Below, piece after piece: positions 39,199-49,268 of a stretch of 64,000 nucleotides of DNA. Location of the stretch: assembly GCA_049513715.1 (NCBI GenBank), contig JBEKVV010000001.1, positions 160,001-224,000 on the forward strand. Direction: 5' to 3'. Both the position numbers and the translations under genes were made by a program. Numbering within the stretch: the stretch's first letter is position 1; each line of letters begins with the position of its first letter. The notes beneath the pieces are model-generated. The model was not told the DNA's origin. It did not search any database and worked only from the letters and a program-made list of their open reading frames with translations. Source of the stretch: Candidatus Bathyarchaeia archaeon (GTDB taxonomy: Archaea > Thermoproteota > Bathyarchaeia > 40CM-2-53-6).

Positions 39199-40362
39199 AT
39201 GGTCGCCTTGCCCGTATCGAAACTTAGGGTTGCCTTCTTTCCGGAATACTTCTACCCACATGTCGGCGGCGCTGAAACATGGACTGCGAATGTGGCAAGT
39301 TGCCTAACCACGCTTGGTCATCATGTCGAGATCTTCACTTACCGGATGCCGGCTGCAACTTATGATCAGTCGGTGTTTGGTGTTCAGGTTCATCGGATCG
39401 GGAGGCCATTCGTGATAGCGGGGTCCAGACCTTATTTCAAACGTTTTCTCATACATGCAACGGGTAGTTTTCTTGCTCTGATGAAGGGCAAGCGGTTTGA
39501 TGTTGTCATCGCCCAGTACACTCCACTTCTGCCGCTCAAGTTTGTGTCCCGAATCCGCGGGCTGCCGATTGTCGCGATCTTCCACGATGTATACGGTCTT
39601 GAGTCCAGCATTGAGCAGAAGGGCCTGTTCCGTGGGTTGATCAGATATGTTTTCGGTGACCTTCTCATCACAAGGCTCCGGTACGACGGAATCGTGGCCG
39701 TCAGTGACGCAACCGAGAGAAAGCTCAGACGTTTTCGATGCAAGACAACCCAAATCAAAGTGGTACGTAATGCCGTTGACGTCGACTTAATCGACTCAAC
39801 TGCAGCCCGGAAAATCCCGAAGCAGATCTGCTTCGTGGGCAGACTCCTGAAACACAAGCACGTGGATGATCTTCTACGGTCATTTGCTCGGGTACTGAAA
39901 CGAGAGCCAAATGCGAAGCTGATAGTGATTGGTGATGGAGACGAGAAGGGCAGACTTGTCTCTCTCGCTCAGGAACTCGGTATTGGTAGTTCAGTGAACT
40001 TCACTGGGTTTGTTGAGGATAAAGAGAAAATACGTTTGATGAAATCTTCAGAGCTTCTGGTTCTTCCATCAACTGACGAGGGTTGGGGTAATGTCATAAC
40101 CGAGGCAATTGCCTGCGGCCTAAACACAATCAGCTACGATATTCCCGCTCTCAGGGAGCAAACCCGATTTTTCCACAGCATAGTTCTCGTGCCGCCCCAC
40201 AATCTTGATGCCCTCGCCCGAGCCATAGAACACTCACTGAGCAAAGGCGATCACCATAGTGTTCTAGCGGACTCTGCCAAGGTCCGATCAGACTTTACTT
40301 GGATGAGAAGGGCCGAAGAACTGGAACAATTCCTGTATCAAGTCACAAAGGGACGCGACTAA
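39199..40362 (+). CDS. Glycosyltransferase family 4 (GT-B)
   Basis: YPHVGGAE, FVGRL..HK, IGDG, EGWGNVITEA. Confidence 0.95.
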   Translation: MVALPVSKLRVAFFPEYFYPHVGGAETWTANVASCLTTLGHHVEIFTYRMPAATYDQSVFGVQVHRIGRPFVIAGSRPYFKRFLIHATGSFLALMKGKRFDVVIAQYTPLLPLKFVSRIRGLPIVAIFHDVYGLESSIEQKGLFRGLIRYVFGDLLITRLRYDGIVAVSDATERKLRRFRCKTTQIKVVRNAVDVDLIDSTAARKIPKQICFVGRLLKHKHVDDLLRSFARVLKREPNAKLIVIGDGDEKGRLVSLAQELGIGSSVNFTGFVEDKEKIRLMKSSELLVLPSTDEGWGNVITEAIACGLNTISYDIPALREQTRFFHSIVLVPPHNLDALARAIEHSLSKGDHHSVLADSAKVRSDFTWMRRAEELEQFLYQVTKGRD

Positions 40363-40391
40363 ATGATGCACAGGGCACGTAAACGACTTCT

Positions 40392-42119
40392 TTGGGCGGA
40401 TTTGCTCGAATGCTGACCGCTCTCTCCGTCATATGGGCTGTCTTGGATTTCACCGCGCCGGGATTTGCTTGGATTCTAATCACAGGTATCGGCAAACGAC
40501 TCAGCCTATTCGGGCAGGCTGCTTTCTCCTTTCTGTTCAGCATATGTTTCCTAAGTTTCTTGACGGCGGGGTTTTCCGTTTTGACAGCCGATTACCTACT
40601 GTACGCTGGCCTTCTGCCTCTAACCTCGCTTGTGATAATCGTGGTCCATATTCTCAGAGCGGGCTTGCGCTCCTTTGAAGCGAAAATAGGAGATGGGAGT
40701 CTGCCACTCGCGGTTATCTTAGTGGTTTACTTTTTCGTAATTCTTCTGAGCTTCTGGTCTGCGCCATTCTACCCGGACACGGTAACCGTTGATCCTGCGA
40801 ATCACGCTCAATTCGTAACCGGAATACTTCAAGGGAAAGGAGCAAGCATACTGCTGAGGAGCTACTATCCCACTGGCCTCCACTTTACGGCAGCGCTCCT
40901 CGCATCCTTGATGCCGATAACAGCATTGCAGGCATTGCGTACCCTACTTTCCGTCGTGGCTTTGGCGGGTTTCATAATAGCGTACGAAACGGCTCAGGTG
41001 ATGTCTGGAAGCAAACGCTTGGCTGTTTTCGTGGCGCTTGTTGCAGCTTTCGCTATCCCAGTCGATCCAAGCCTTCTGATTTCGGTGGGTTTATATCCGA
41101 ACCTCTTGGCTGACTCGATTATTCTCATGTTGCTTTGGGCGATTCTCAGCTACTTAGCCCAACAATCTCCAAAACTGGGCGTTACGCTTGCGTTTCTGGC
41201 CCTTGCGGGTGTGTTCGATCACAGTAGTGTACTTCTCTTTCTGGGCGCCGTCTGGGTCTTCGCTCCGATCGTATACTTCCTCTTCAGGCCAAGATTCCGT
41301 GCCTACTTGGAGTCGGCTTTGTACTCGATTTCAATGCTGACTTTGTTCGCTATAATCCTCTTACCAATCTATGGAGGAAATTTAGCCCGCCTCCAAATCT
41401 ACTCTGAAATAGGGAGGCCATTGACTCTTCGCGCCTTCTCCTCCGTGTACCTCACCTTGTGGATAATCTTCCAACTGTACGCGGGCACAGTGGCCGTTGC
41501 TGCCATCGGAATCTCGATCATAGTGTTCGCGATTCGCTATCGGGGCCACCTAGGCCAATTGCTCTTGACCGCATGGACGGCTCTCCTAATGTTAGGCGCG
41601 TTCTTCACGAGCCAAGCTTGGAGGTTCGCTCTGTTCGCGCTGGTCCCAGGGTACTTGCTCGTTGGCAGCCTTATCTCCTCCTCGTCGAAACTGCCGGAGC
41701 TAACGAAAATTCCAGCAAAGAAAATCGCGCACCTAATTCCGGCAGCAGTTCTCCTCTTCCTAATTGCCGCCGGACCTTTTCCAACCCTAGTTGCAAGATC
41801 CTATAGCCCTGCGACGCGGGAGCGGCAAACCGCCATCGCTGACTCCATGCAATGGCTCAGCCAAAACGGATGCACAGACGGCGTGGTGAGCGTGGGATTG
41901 GGATCCGATTATCCATACCTACCGGCCCTGACTGGCCTTCGTTATTTCGGTGACTATGAAGAGTCAGCTGCCGCAGCATTGAATCAGTCCTCTGGACTTG
42001 GATTCCGCTGTGTTGCCGTTTCAGCCCAAGACCATTTCCTCCTAACCTACGGTTCAACTGCGGCGTTTGAACAGAAATACAGGAACAGTTTTGTCGTAAT
42101 TTTCACAATCAAACATTAG
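40392..42119 (+). CDS. Multi-pass membrane protein, GT-C-like (paralog 1)
   Basis: PG(F/Y)AW, FYP..D..HAQ, YPTGLH, GLYPN; soluble C-terminal domain. Confidence 0.7.
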   Translation: MGGFARMLTALSVIWAVLDFTAPGFAWILITGIGKRLSLFGQAAFSFLFSICFLSFLTAGFSVLTADYLLYAGLLPLTSLVIIVVHILRAGLRSFEAKIGDGSLPLAVILVVYFFVILLSFWSAPFYPDTVTVDPANHAQFVTGILQGKGASILLRSYYPTGLHFTAALLASLMPITALQALRTLLSVVALAGFIIAYETAQVMSGSKRLAVFVALVAAFAIPVDPSLLISVGLYPNLLADSIILMLLWAILSYLAQQSPKLGVTLAFLALAGVFDHSSVLLFLGAVWVFAPIVYFLFRPRFRAYLESALYSISMLTLFAIILLPIYGGNLARLQIYSEIGRPLTLRAFSSVYLTLWIIFQLYAGTVAVAAIGISIIVFAIRYRGHLGQLLLTAWTALLMLGAFFTSQAWRFALFALVPGYLLVGSLISSSSKLPELTKIPAKKIAHLIPAAVLLFLIAAGPFPTLVARSYSPATRERQTAIADSMQWLSQNGCTDGVVSVGLGSDYPYLPALTGLRYFGDYEESAAAALNQSSGLGFRCVAVSAQDHFLLTYGSTAAFEQKYRNSFVVIFTIKH

Positions 42120-42133
42120 TTGAACCTCTAACT

Positions 42134-43852
42134 CTAAGCAATCGCAAAGACGGTAATCAGTTCGTTCTGGTACTTCTCTTGGAACGCGGTGTTGTTTTCG
42201 TATTGAGGGAAGTAATGGTTGTTTCTTGACGCGACGAGACAATGAAAGCCCAAGGTTGTGGATTTCTGAAGGACGTAGTCCGGTGAGCGAATATAGTCAC
42301 CCATGTACTGTACTCCCGTTAGGGCTGGAAGGTACTCGTAATCGGGCCAGAGACCTAGGCTGGCAACTCCAGTGCTACAGCTGCTGTGCTGCACCCAAAC
42401 CATTGAGTCGTAGACAGCGGACTGAAAGTTTCTGCCGGAAGGATTGAACGCTTGCGCTGCGATGCTCGGGAAGGTTCCTGAAACAATCAGAAGAAGAAAA
42501 ATCAACCCCGCAACCGTCCTTGCCACTTTCTGCAACCTCACGTCTTTCGAGGGGCCTAGTAGTCCGTGAGTATTTGCGAGCATGTATCCCACTAAGTACG
42601 ATGCGGGAAGCATCGCGAATAGGATGAACCTGTATTCTTGACCTGAGACAAACGCGCCGGGAACCATTAGAAGCAGCCAGAGGAAACCAAAAACCAACCC
42701 TAAGGTTGTTCGGAACTTCAACGCGAAGACGGCCGCGCAAATTAGTGCCACCACGTTAACTGGCCCGAGGAACGTGAATACGCTTCGAGCGAACTCGTTC
42801 AATGCTATTCCGGAAACCGAGGTTTCACCAAGAACGACGTACGAGCCAGCTAATCTCTGTAGGTTAGCGTGGAAACTGAAGAACGCCAAGAGGGCGAAGG
42901 CAGCGACGCCTACAGTAGAAAAAGCAGCAGCTTTGACATACACACGTGCTTCTCTCCGGTACAACTTGAAGACGAATGGGGCAGCAACCCAAAACACGGC
43001 CAAGAGGATCAGGAAACTTGAATGCATGAACGCTCCGCCAACGCCTAGGAACGTCAGCGTCAAACCTAGGGCCAAACTCGGTTGTTTCATGTAGCGAAAT
43101 GCGAGCCAGACAACGGTCAGCATAATCATATCCGACATTAGGTTAGGAAATGTTCCAATGCGGAATAGGTGAAGTGCGTCAGCAGGCATCGCGAATCCCG
43201 CGACCAATAGCGCGACGCCTGCAGCTTTGGCATCCCCCAGCACTTCGCGAGCTGATAGGAACAGAAGCGGCACGATTGAAAGCAGTCCCGCGGAAGCGAC
43301 AATTCTCAGGGCTTGAAGGGCGCCGATATTCCCGAGGCTCGCGATTGTTGCTGCAGCAAAGTGCAATCCAATCGGGAAATCCGATCTGAGGAGTACACTC
43401 CTACCGCCACCGGAGACGATAGCACTAGTGAACTGTGCATGGGTTAAGAGATCAGGCGCCTGCGCGGTTGGATAGTATGGCGCAGACCAGAATAGGCCAA
43501 AAATGAGGATTGCATAGACCAGAAAGGAAAAACCAAGAGCCCAAGACTGTATACTTACTGAAATTCGTGTGTTCTTCGAAAGTGTTGGGTGTCTCTTGAA
43601 TAGACACACTCCAATGACGGCTACTGCGCCTATGAGAGAAATCGCTGCTGAACTGAACAGATAGTGGACAGTCACAAAGGTCATGGCCGCAGTTACGAGA
43701 CTCAAGAAACAAATGCTCAGAACAAACGAAAGCACCACTTTTTCCAAGGAAGAGATTCGCTTGTGTAAACCGGAAGCGAGGATCCATGCGTAGCCAGGCA
43801 GAAGGAAATCGAAAGCTGCGAGGATTACTGTTGCGACTGTCGTACGATTCAC
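42134..43852 (-). CDS. Multi-pass membrane protein, GT-C-like (paralog 2)
   Basis: Same motifs (YYPT..D..HAQ, FPIGLH, GTFPN). GTG 43852 avoids overlap with the upstream gene. Confidence 0.7.
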   Translation of the reverse strand: MNRTTVATVILAAFDFLLPGYAWILASGLHKRISSLEKVVLSFVLSICFLSLVTAAMTFVTVHYLFSSAAISLIGAVAVIGVCLFKRHPTLSKNTRISVSIQSWALGFSFLVYAILIFGLFWSAPYYPTAQAPDLLTHAQFTSAIVSGGGRSVLLRSDFPIGLHFAAATIASLGNIGALQALRIVASAGLLSIVPLLFLSAREVLGDAKAAGVALLVAGFAMPADALHLFRIGTFPNLMSDMIMLTVVWLAFRYMKQPSLALGLTLTFLGVGGAFMHSSFLILLAVFWVAAPFVFKLYRREARVYVKAAAFSTVGVAAFALLAFFSFHANLQRLAGSYVVLGETSVSGIALNEFARSVFTFLGPVNVVALICAAVFALKFRTTLGLVFGFLWLLLMVPGAFVSGQEYRFILFAMLPASYLVGYMLANTHGLLGPSKDVRLQKVARTVAGLIFLLLIVSGTFPSIAAQAFNPSGRNFQSAVYDSMVWVQHSSCSTGVASLGLWPDYEYLPALTGVQYMGDYIRSPDYVLQKSTTLGFHCLVASRNNHYFPQYENNTAFQEKYQNELITVFAIA

Positions 43853-43880
43853 CCAAGAGTCAGTTGAATCCCATGCTAGC

Positions 43881-45632
43881 TCAATTCCCAATGCCTTGCG
43901 CTTTGCCAATGATGAAGAATATTGCAACTTCTGTGTTTTGATAGCGCTCCTGAAAGGCTTGGTCGACTGCGAATGATGGAAAATTCGGGTTGCCTGTTTC
44001 CATGGCCAAACAGCCAAATCCCATCGATGCCGATTTCTGCAAAGCTTCTTTAGGTGTTGTATTTGCAGGCAGAGTGCCTGAATATTGAAGGCCGGTCAGG
44101 ACTTCGATATATCGGAAGTCGAGATCCAGGCCTAGGCTTGCAACGGATGAAGAACAGCGATTCTGTTCCAGCCACGTCATCGATGCGAAGACGTCTTGCT
44201 GATGGAGTCGGGTTGTTGGGTTGAAAGCGGCGGGAATCAGGGGCAGGAATCCCCCAAAAATCACCAGAATGATCAAAACTGCAGTTACCACGGCCTTTCG
44301 CCGAACGGGGTTCAAGTTGACTTTGGCCGGAAGCGGGATGTTTCCCACGAGGTTTCCCACAATAAATATCGCGGGAATCATAGAGAACAAAACGAACCGG
44401 TCAGTTTCTCCAGAGAAGAGACTCAGAATGGCGATAACGGCCAACCAGGAGGCTGCAAAAACAGGCCCAAGCGCTCGCCGTCTTCTCAAGAGGACTAGGA
44501 TGAAGCCAAGAACAACTGCGACTATGTTCAGCGGTTTGACGAAAAACACGATGTTGTAAGCGAGAGTCGCATAAACGACCGATATGCTCTGGAACAGTTG
44601 CGCTGTCGTGTTCCCGCCAATAAAGTTGGAAATCTGGTACGCATCGCGGATGCGTGCCATGTTTCCTCTTAGGAAGGGCAAGGCAACTATGGCTGCAGCA
44701 AGAATCCCGATCGTTGAATAGATGCACGCTCTGAGGTAGAGGTGTGACTCATGTTTTCTTCGTGACAGCAAGAATATGGGGAGTATAAGCCACAATGCGG
44801 CAAGGAATAACAGAAAACTAGAATGCATGAACACCCCTGCAAGCCCCATGAGCCCCAACGTTGCGGCGAGCGGCAGATTTGGTTCTTTCAAGTACAGGAA
44901 CAGCAGACAGACCGTTGCAAAGACGATGGCGTCTCCGACGATGTTAGGATAAGTCCCGATGAGAACGAAATGCATCGCGTCTACCGGGAGGACCAGAGCT
45001 CCGACAATAGTAGTCAGAGCGGCCAGATTCTTGTTTTCGAACAATGCATGCGCGGAAGAGGAAATGAAAACAAGAATACTGATCAACACAAGTGAAGCCA
45101 AGAGCCGAACCGATTGAAGCGCGTTTAATCCAAGAAGAGCCATCACGATGGCAGCGACAAAGTGAAAGCCAACCGGATAGTTGGCGTGAAGGAGTTCACT
45201 TCTCCCTTCTCCGTTAAGGATGCTCTGTGCAATCTGAGCATGAGCTAGGGAGTCTATTGCGGGCGTCGTTGGATAGTATGGGGTTGACCAAAATAGTCCC
45301 GAAAGAAATGCCACATAGATGCCTAGGCAGAGCAGAAGTGAAACTGAGAGATCGGCTCCATGGACGAACCTACCGAACCCTTGCCGTTGGAAGTAGACAA
45401 TAACCAAGATAATTGGCAGAATGGTGGCTCCCGCAATTGTGTAGAACAAGTAATTTCGCGTTAGCAGCGACAGAACAGCAGAGCTTAGGCTTAGCAGACA
45501 GATGCTGAAGATGAACGAAAACGCAATCGAGCCTAGGCCGCCAATGCGCTTGATCAACCCTGAGAGAAGCAACCACGCATAGCCTGGTAGAAGCAGTAGC
45601 AGAATTGCAATAGGTAAAGTAGCGAGAATCAT
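43881..45632 (-). CDS. Multi-pass membrane protein, GT-C-like (paralog 3)
   Basis: Same motifs (YYPT..D..HAQ, YPVGFH, GTYPN). Confidence 0.7.
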   Translation of the reverse strand: MILATLPIAILLLLLPGYAWLLLSGLIKRIGGLGSIAFSFIFSICLLSLSSAVLSLLTRNYLFYTIAGATILPIILVIVYFQRQGFGRFVHGADLSVSLLLCLGIYVAFLSGLFWSTPYYPTTPAIDSLAHAQIAQSILNGEGRSELLHANYPVGFHFVAAIVMALLGLNALQSVRLLASLVLISILVFISSSAHALFENKNLAALTTIVGALVLPVDAMHFVLIGTYPNIVGDAIVFATVCLLFLYLKEPNLPLAATLGLMGLAGVFMHSSFLLFLAALWLILPIFLLSRRKHESHLYLRACIYSTIGILAAAIVALPFLRGNMARIRDAYQISNFIGGNTTAQLFQSISVVYATLAYNIVFFVKPLNIVAVVLGFILVLLRRRRALGPVFAASWLAVIAILSLFSGETDRFVLFSMIPAIFIVGNLVGNIPLPAKVNLNPVRRKAVVTAVLIILVIFGGFLPLIPAAFNPTTRLHQQDVFASMTWLEQNRCSSSVASLGLDLDFRYIEVLTGLQYSGTLPANTTPKEALQKSASMGFGCLAMETGNPNFPSFAVDQAFQERYQNTEVAIFFIIGKAQGIGN

Positions 45633-45679
45633 TTTCAGGCCTCTTCAGCTCAATTCATTGGAATTGAGCCTCTCCGCGA

Positions 45680-46375
45680 TTAGTGCGCAATTGCTGTGAG
45701 ACCGAGTCTCCTGAGAATCGCAGTGTTATCGTTTTTCTTGATGGCCAAATGCGTGACTGCAAGCAACACGAACAGTCCGACAATTCGACCTTCAAATGCC
45801 AACAGGAGCCCTACATCACCAAACTGCTCCGCTTGGAGAAGAAAGCCAAGTTGTTCAACAAGTAAGAGCGCGTATCCAACGGTTACGAATCCTCCACTTG
45901 CCTTCTGTGTAAAAGCCCAATTCCGCGCCGTCTCGTAGACCAAGTAGACGACCGCTACTGCCATCACTCCACGAAGCGAAAGATTCATGCTTAATGGGAC
46001 CGCATTGAGTGCCCCCAAATTCTCAAAGCTCAAGGCGTAACCAAGCACCAGGATTGTCACGATGCTCGGGATAGCCAGTTCGATCGGATAAGATTCGCCC
46101 ACGAATTTCAATCGAGTTCGGCGCGCGTAGGTTAAAGCTATGAAGAGTAGCCCGTATGTCTGCAGGAGGAGGAACATAGCGTCGATAACGAGCCCGCCGC
46201 CGATGAACTGGAGCGTGTTTACTGCGAAGGCGATTGTCATGAGACTGAAGCCGGCTGGGATTCCAAGCAAATAGGAGACATGTGACTCTTTGCAGGGTTT
46301 CACTGTCGACTGAAGCAGACTGGCCGCAACTAACGCTGAGATCAATTGAACAGCTAGGATAAGCGCAGAGGCCAT
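45680..46375 (-). CDS. Approximately 7-TM membrane protein (paralog of 47190)
   Basis: YLLGIPAGFSL motif shared with 47190. Confidence 0.7.
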   Translation of the reverse strand: MASALILAVQLISALVAASLLQSTVKPCKESHVSYLLGIPAGFSLMTIAFAVNTLQFIGGGLVIDAMFLLLQTYGLLFIALTYARRTRLKFVGESYPIELAIPSIVTILVLGYALSFENLGALNAVPLSMNLSLRGVMAVAVVYLVYETARNWAFTQKASGGFVTVGYALLLVEQLGFLLQAEQFGDVGLLLAFEGRIVGLFVLLAVTHLAIKKNDNTAILRRLGLTAIAH

Positions 46376-46426
46376 GTTAACAGCACGGTACCGAGGTTTG
46401 AGTGCAGGTATCTTATCTTAATATCT

Positions 46427-47035
46427 GTGGTTTTCCGGATGAGGTTCATCGACCATGCATTTGCCATCACGGTGATGGTCTTCCTTTTGGGTGCCTTTGT
46501 AGGAGCAACATTGATTGTTTTCTCGTCGACTTTCAGAGAGTTCAGCCTTACGGTACTGCGGACTAGAATGTTGTCTCCAATGCAAACTGTGGCCCATCTC
46601 GGAGACGTTGCAGTATTCGTGGCGGTCTTCGTAAACAACTTGATTCCGACGGTCCTCTCATTCGCATACCCACTTGCGATTGCCGAGATTAATTGGACGC
46701 CCCCGCTGAGTAGGCATAGACTTCTTTTCTTCCTAAGTGCTTACACGTTTATCGCTGCTTTCCTAATTGGGTTCTTTTCCCTTGGAGCTCCACTGGCTAC
46801 TGGATGGGTTCTTGGCGGAACGAACCTCTTTCTCTCCTTGATTTCCGGAGCTCGCATTCACGGGCCGCTTGAATTCGGGTTCGTGCTACTGTGTATTGCG
46901 GAACCGCTGAGGATCTCTTGGGACCCAACGGATCGGGGAACTCTTGTGAAGCTGGTTGATGATCGTACGCTATTGTTTGTTTCGATTGCGGGGCTTTTTG
47001 TAGCTGCTGCAATTGAGGTTTTTCTTGGAATATGA
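46427..47035 (+). CDS. SpoIIM-like membrane protein
   Basis: VFVNNL, HGPLEF, VAAAIEVF. Confidence 0.75.
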   Translation: MVFRMRFIDHAFAITVMVFLLGAFVGATLIVFSSTFREFSLTVLRTRMLSPMQTVAHLGDVAVFVAVFVNNLIPTVLSFAYPLAIAEINWTPPLSRHRLLFFLSAYTFIAAFLIGFFSLGAPLATGWVLGGTNLFLSLISGARIHGPLEFGFVLLCIAEPLRISWDPTDRGTLVKLVDDRTLLFVSIAGLFVAAAIEVFLGI

Positions 47036-47189
47036 TCTGCGAATTTCATGCTCTGCGGTGTACGGTATCAGCGAGACAAGCAGCAGCGGGGTCCGAACTT
47101 CTGAAATATCCGCACCCTACGAATAGGTTCGGTTGTAGCCAGTATTTGATACTCTTGCGGACAAATTTAATTGATGATGAGCGTGGAGA

Positions 47190-47870
47190 GTGAGCTCCAT
47201 GGCCTATTCCCTACCGTTGCTTTTCTTCTTCGCTTGCGGGCTCCTTTCTGCATCGCTATCGTTCAGTATTGCGTACCTGATGTTCAAATCCTGGCAACTG
47301 GTTCGACTGGACTACTTGTTAGGGTTTCCAGCCGGTTTCAGCCTTCTGGCCTTGGCCTTTGTAATAGGTGACATGGCCTATGCTTTTCCTTTGGCAAGCA
47401 TTTGGAATTGGGCTAGTCTGCTTCTCGGCAGTTGGGGATTCGCATTTTTGGTGGTGACGTACTTTCGCAGGTACGGTCCAGCGGAGACGGACGAGTCACG
47501 TTCAACTGAGTTAGCATTCGGGGTAGTCGGAGTTTCCACGTTCGCTTCTCTCGGGTTCATCCTCCTTTTGTCCTCCGCGCTTCCGGATTATCTGGGCGCA
47601 GAATTGGTTTTCCGGGTAATCAACCTCGTTCTTTTGGGGTACATCATACTCAGCCTTAACCGGGCGTTGAAGGCTGAAGTTGAACTCAGCGCTGTGGTTT
47701 TAGGTTTCACATTCCTCGCAATCGAACAATCGAGTCTGTTCCTCCACACCTTGGACCGCGCGTTCGTCTGGTCGGTTATTTTCGCGCAACTGGTGAGAAT
47801 TGCGGGACTTTTCATATTGACGGTTTTCCTTGTGAGAGGATTTCAAAGTCCCGAGAGGAAGGGGACCTAG
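47190..47870 (+). CDS. Approximately 7-TM membrane protein (paralog of 45680)
   Basis: YLLGFPAGFSL; directly adjacent to the downstream wHTH gene. Confidence 0.7.
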   Translation: MSSMAYSLPLLFFFACGLLSASLSFSIAYLMFKSWQLVRLDYLLGFPAGFSLLALAFVIGDMAYAFPLASIWNWASLLLGSWGFAFLVVTYFRRYGPAETDESRSTELAFGVVGVSTFASLGFILLLSSALPDYLGAELVFRVINLVLLGYIILSLNRALKAEVELSAVVLGFTFLAIEQSSLFLHTLDRAFVWSVIFAQLVRIAGLFILTVFLVRGFQSPERKGT

Positions 47871-47871
47871 C

Positions 47872-48153
47872 TTGCAGGAAGAGTTCAGGAAACTCCGCCG
47901 GCGTGAGCGCTCCCAAATCTTCTATGACATCTTAAACTCGATAATTGAGCAGGAATCGGAATCTCACCCGAAGATTACGAGGGTTCAAAATGACGTTCGC
48001 CTTCCGTCAGATCGGCTACGCGCGCACCTGCGTGAGATGAATGCCCTTGAGCTCGTGAAGTACGGGAAGACTTTGGCTAGCACGGAGAAGGGTAGGGCGT
48101 TTGTGGTTGAGTTTGGGAAGGTGGTTGAGGTTCTGCGTCAATTTGGGCTTTAG
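47872..48153 (+). CDS. Winged-helix transcription regulator (HTH_45-like)
   Basis: RRERSQIFYDIL...ITRV...LREM...TEKGRAF. Confidence 0.85.
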   Translation: MQEEFRKLRRRERSQIFYDILNSIIEQESESHPKITRVQNDVRLPSDRLRAHLREMNALELVKYGKTLASTEKGRAFVVEFGKVVEVLRQFGL

Positions 48154-48289
48154 TATGCCGTATGGTATTGGCGTGTTAATGTTTATGTCCCCTCACTAAA
48201 GGTACGTTAGTTACGTGTTCCCTTTTATTTCGACTTAACTAGCTCTTCTCGTCAAATCCAGCTAATGTCTAAGCATATGGAGGTGAATT

Positions 48290-48760
48290 TTGATAATGTA
48301 TGTTATGAATAGGCACTTTAACAATCGTGCGGTTTCACAGGTCATCGCAGCGCTGCTCCTGATAGCAATAGCAGTCGCCGCAGCCATCTTGCTGTACGTG
48401 TTCGCCATTGGATTACTCGGTAGCCTCGGGTCTAGTGGTGGTCAACAAACGAAGGAGCAATTGATCATGGAAGCGTATAGCTTCCCCTCAACTGCCGGTG
48501 TCCTTACAATGCAAGTGAGAAACGTTGGTTCGGCGACAGTCAACGTTGGAGGGTCTGACTTCTTCATCAACGGCGTCAAAGGTACTTTAGGTGGAGTATG
48601 TGCTTCGATGACTGCGATGACAGTGGGTGGGTCATGTCAAGCCACCGTAACGTTGGCCAGTTATGCCAGTCTTTCGTCTGGTGCAGCGTATCCGTTGAAG
48701 ATTGTCACGCCTGACGGTGGAGTCTTCTCGTACTCAGTAACCTACGGAGGCAGTAGCTAA
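48290..48760 (+). CDS. Archaeal type IV pilin, copy 1 (probable major pilin)
   Basis: NNRA/VSQVIAALLLIA class III signal, VRNVG, GGAGGTGA RBS. Confidence 0.92.
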   Translation: MIMYVMNRHFNNRAVSQVIAALLLIAIAVAAAILLYVFAIGLLGSLGSSGGQQTKEQLIMEAYSFPSTAGVLTMQVRNVGSATVNVGGSDFFINGVKGTLGGVCASMTAMTVGGSCQATVTLASYASLSSGAAYPLKIVTPDGGVFSYSVTYGGSS

Positions 48761-48770
48761 GAACTTCAAC

Positions 48771-48802
48771 GCGGGCAACACTTGCCCGCCCTACCCGTTT
48801 TT
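48771..48802 (+). terminator. Hairpin GCGGGCAA-CAC-TTGCCCGC followed by a T-tract after pilin copy 1
   Basis: 8-bp perfect stem. Confidence 0.55.
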
Positions 48803-48824
48803 CCGGTACAACCTTCCCAAGTTT

Positions 48825-49050
48825 CCTCAGTGACCCATCACATTACTGTAGAGAAAGTTGTGTTCAAGAAAATCCATGCTAAAGGCTAGGAAAGTTGAAG
48901 AGTGGCTGAAAACTCAGATGCAGGTGTCCGCGTCATTGTTGGGTTCTCTTGATACGAATTTTTTTGAGAACATATCCTGTAACCGGGTTGACCTCACGAA
49001 AGCTCGTCTCGATCCTTTACTCGCAATCATTGTATCGACTTGATTAGGCT
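48825..49050 (-). pseudogene. Decayed paralog of the DUF5658-like gene 33590..33886
   Basis: 20-nt identity ACCGGGTTGACCTCACGAAA; FREVNPV and AWIFLNTTFSTVM* fragments. Confidence 0.65.
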
Positions 49051-49268
49051 CGCTGGAGGTGGAAAGAAGGGTAGGGCGTTTGTGGTTGAGTTTGGGAAGG
49101 TGGTTGAGGTTCTGCGTCAATTTGGGCTTTAGTATGCCGTATGGTATTGGCGTGTTAATGTTTATGTCCCCTCACTAAAGGTACGTTAGTTACGTGTTCC
49201 CTTTTATTTCGACTTAACTAGCTCTTCTCGTCAAATCCAGCTAATGTCTAAGCATATGGAGGTGAATT

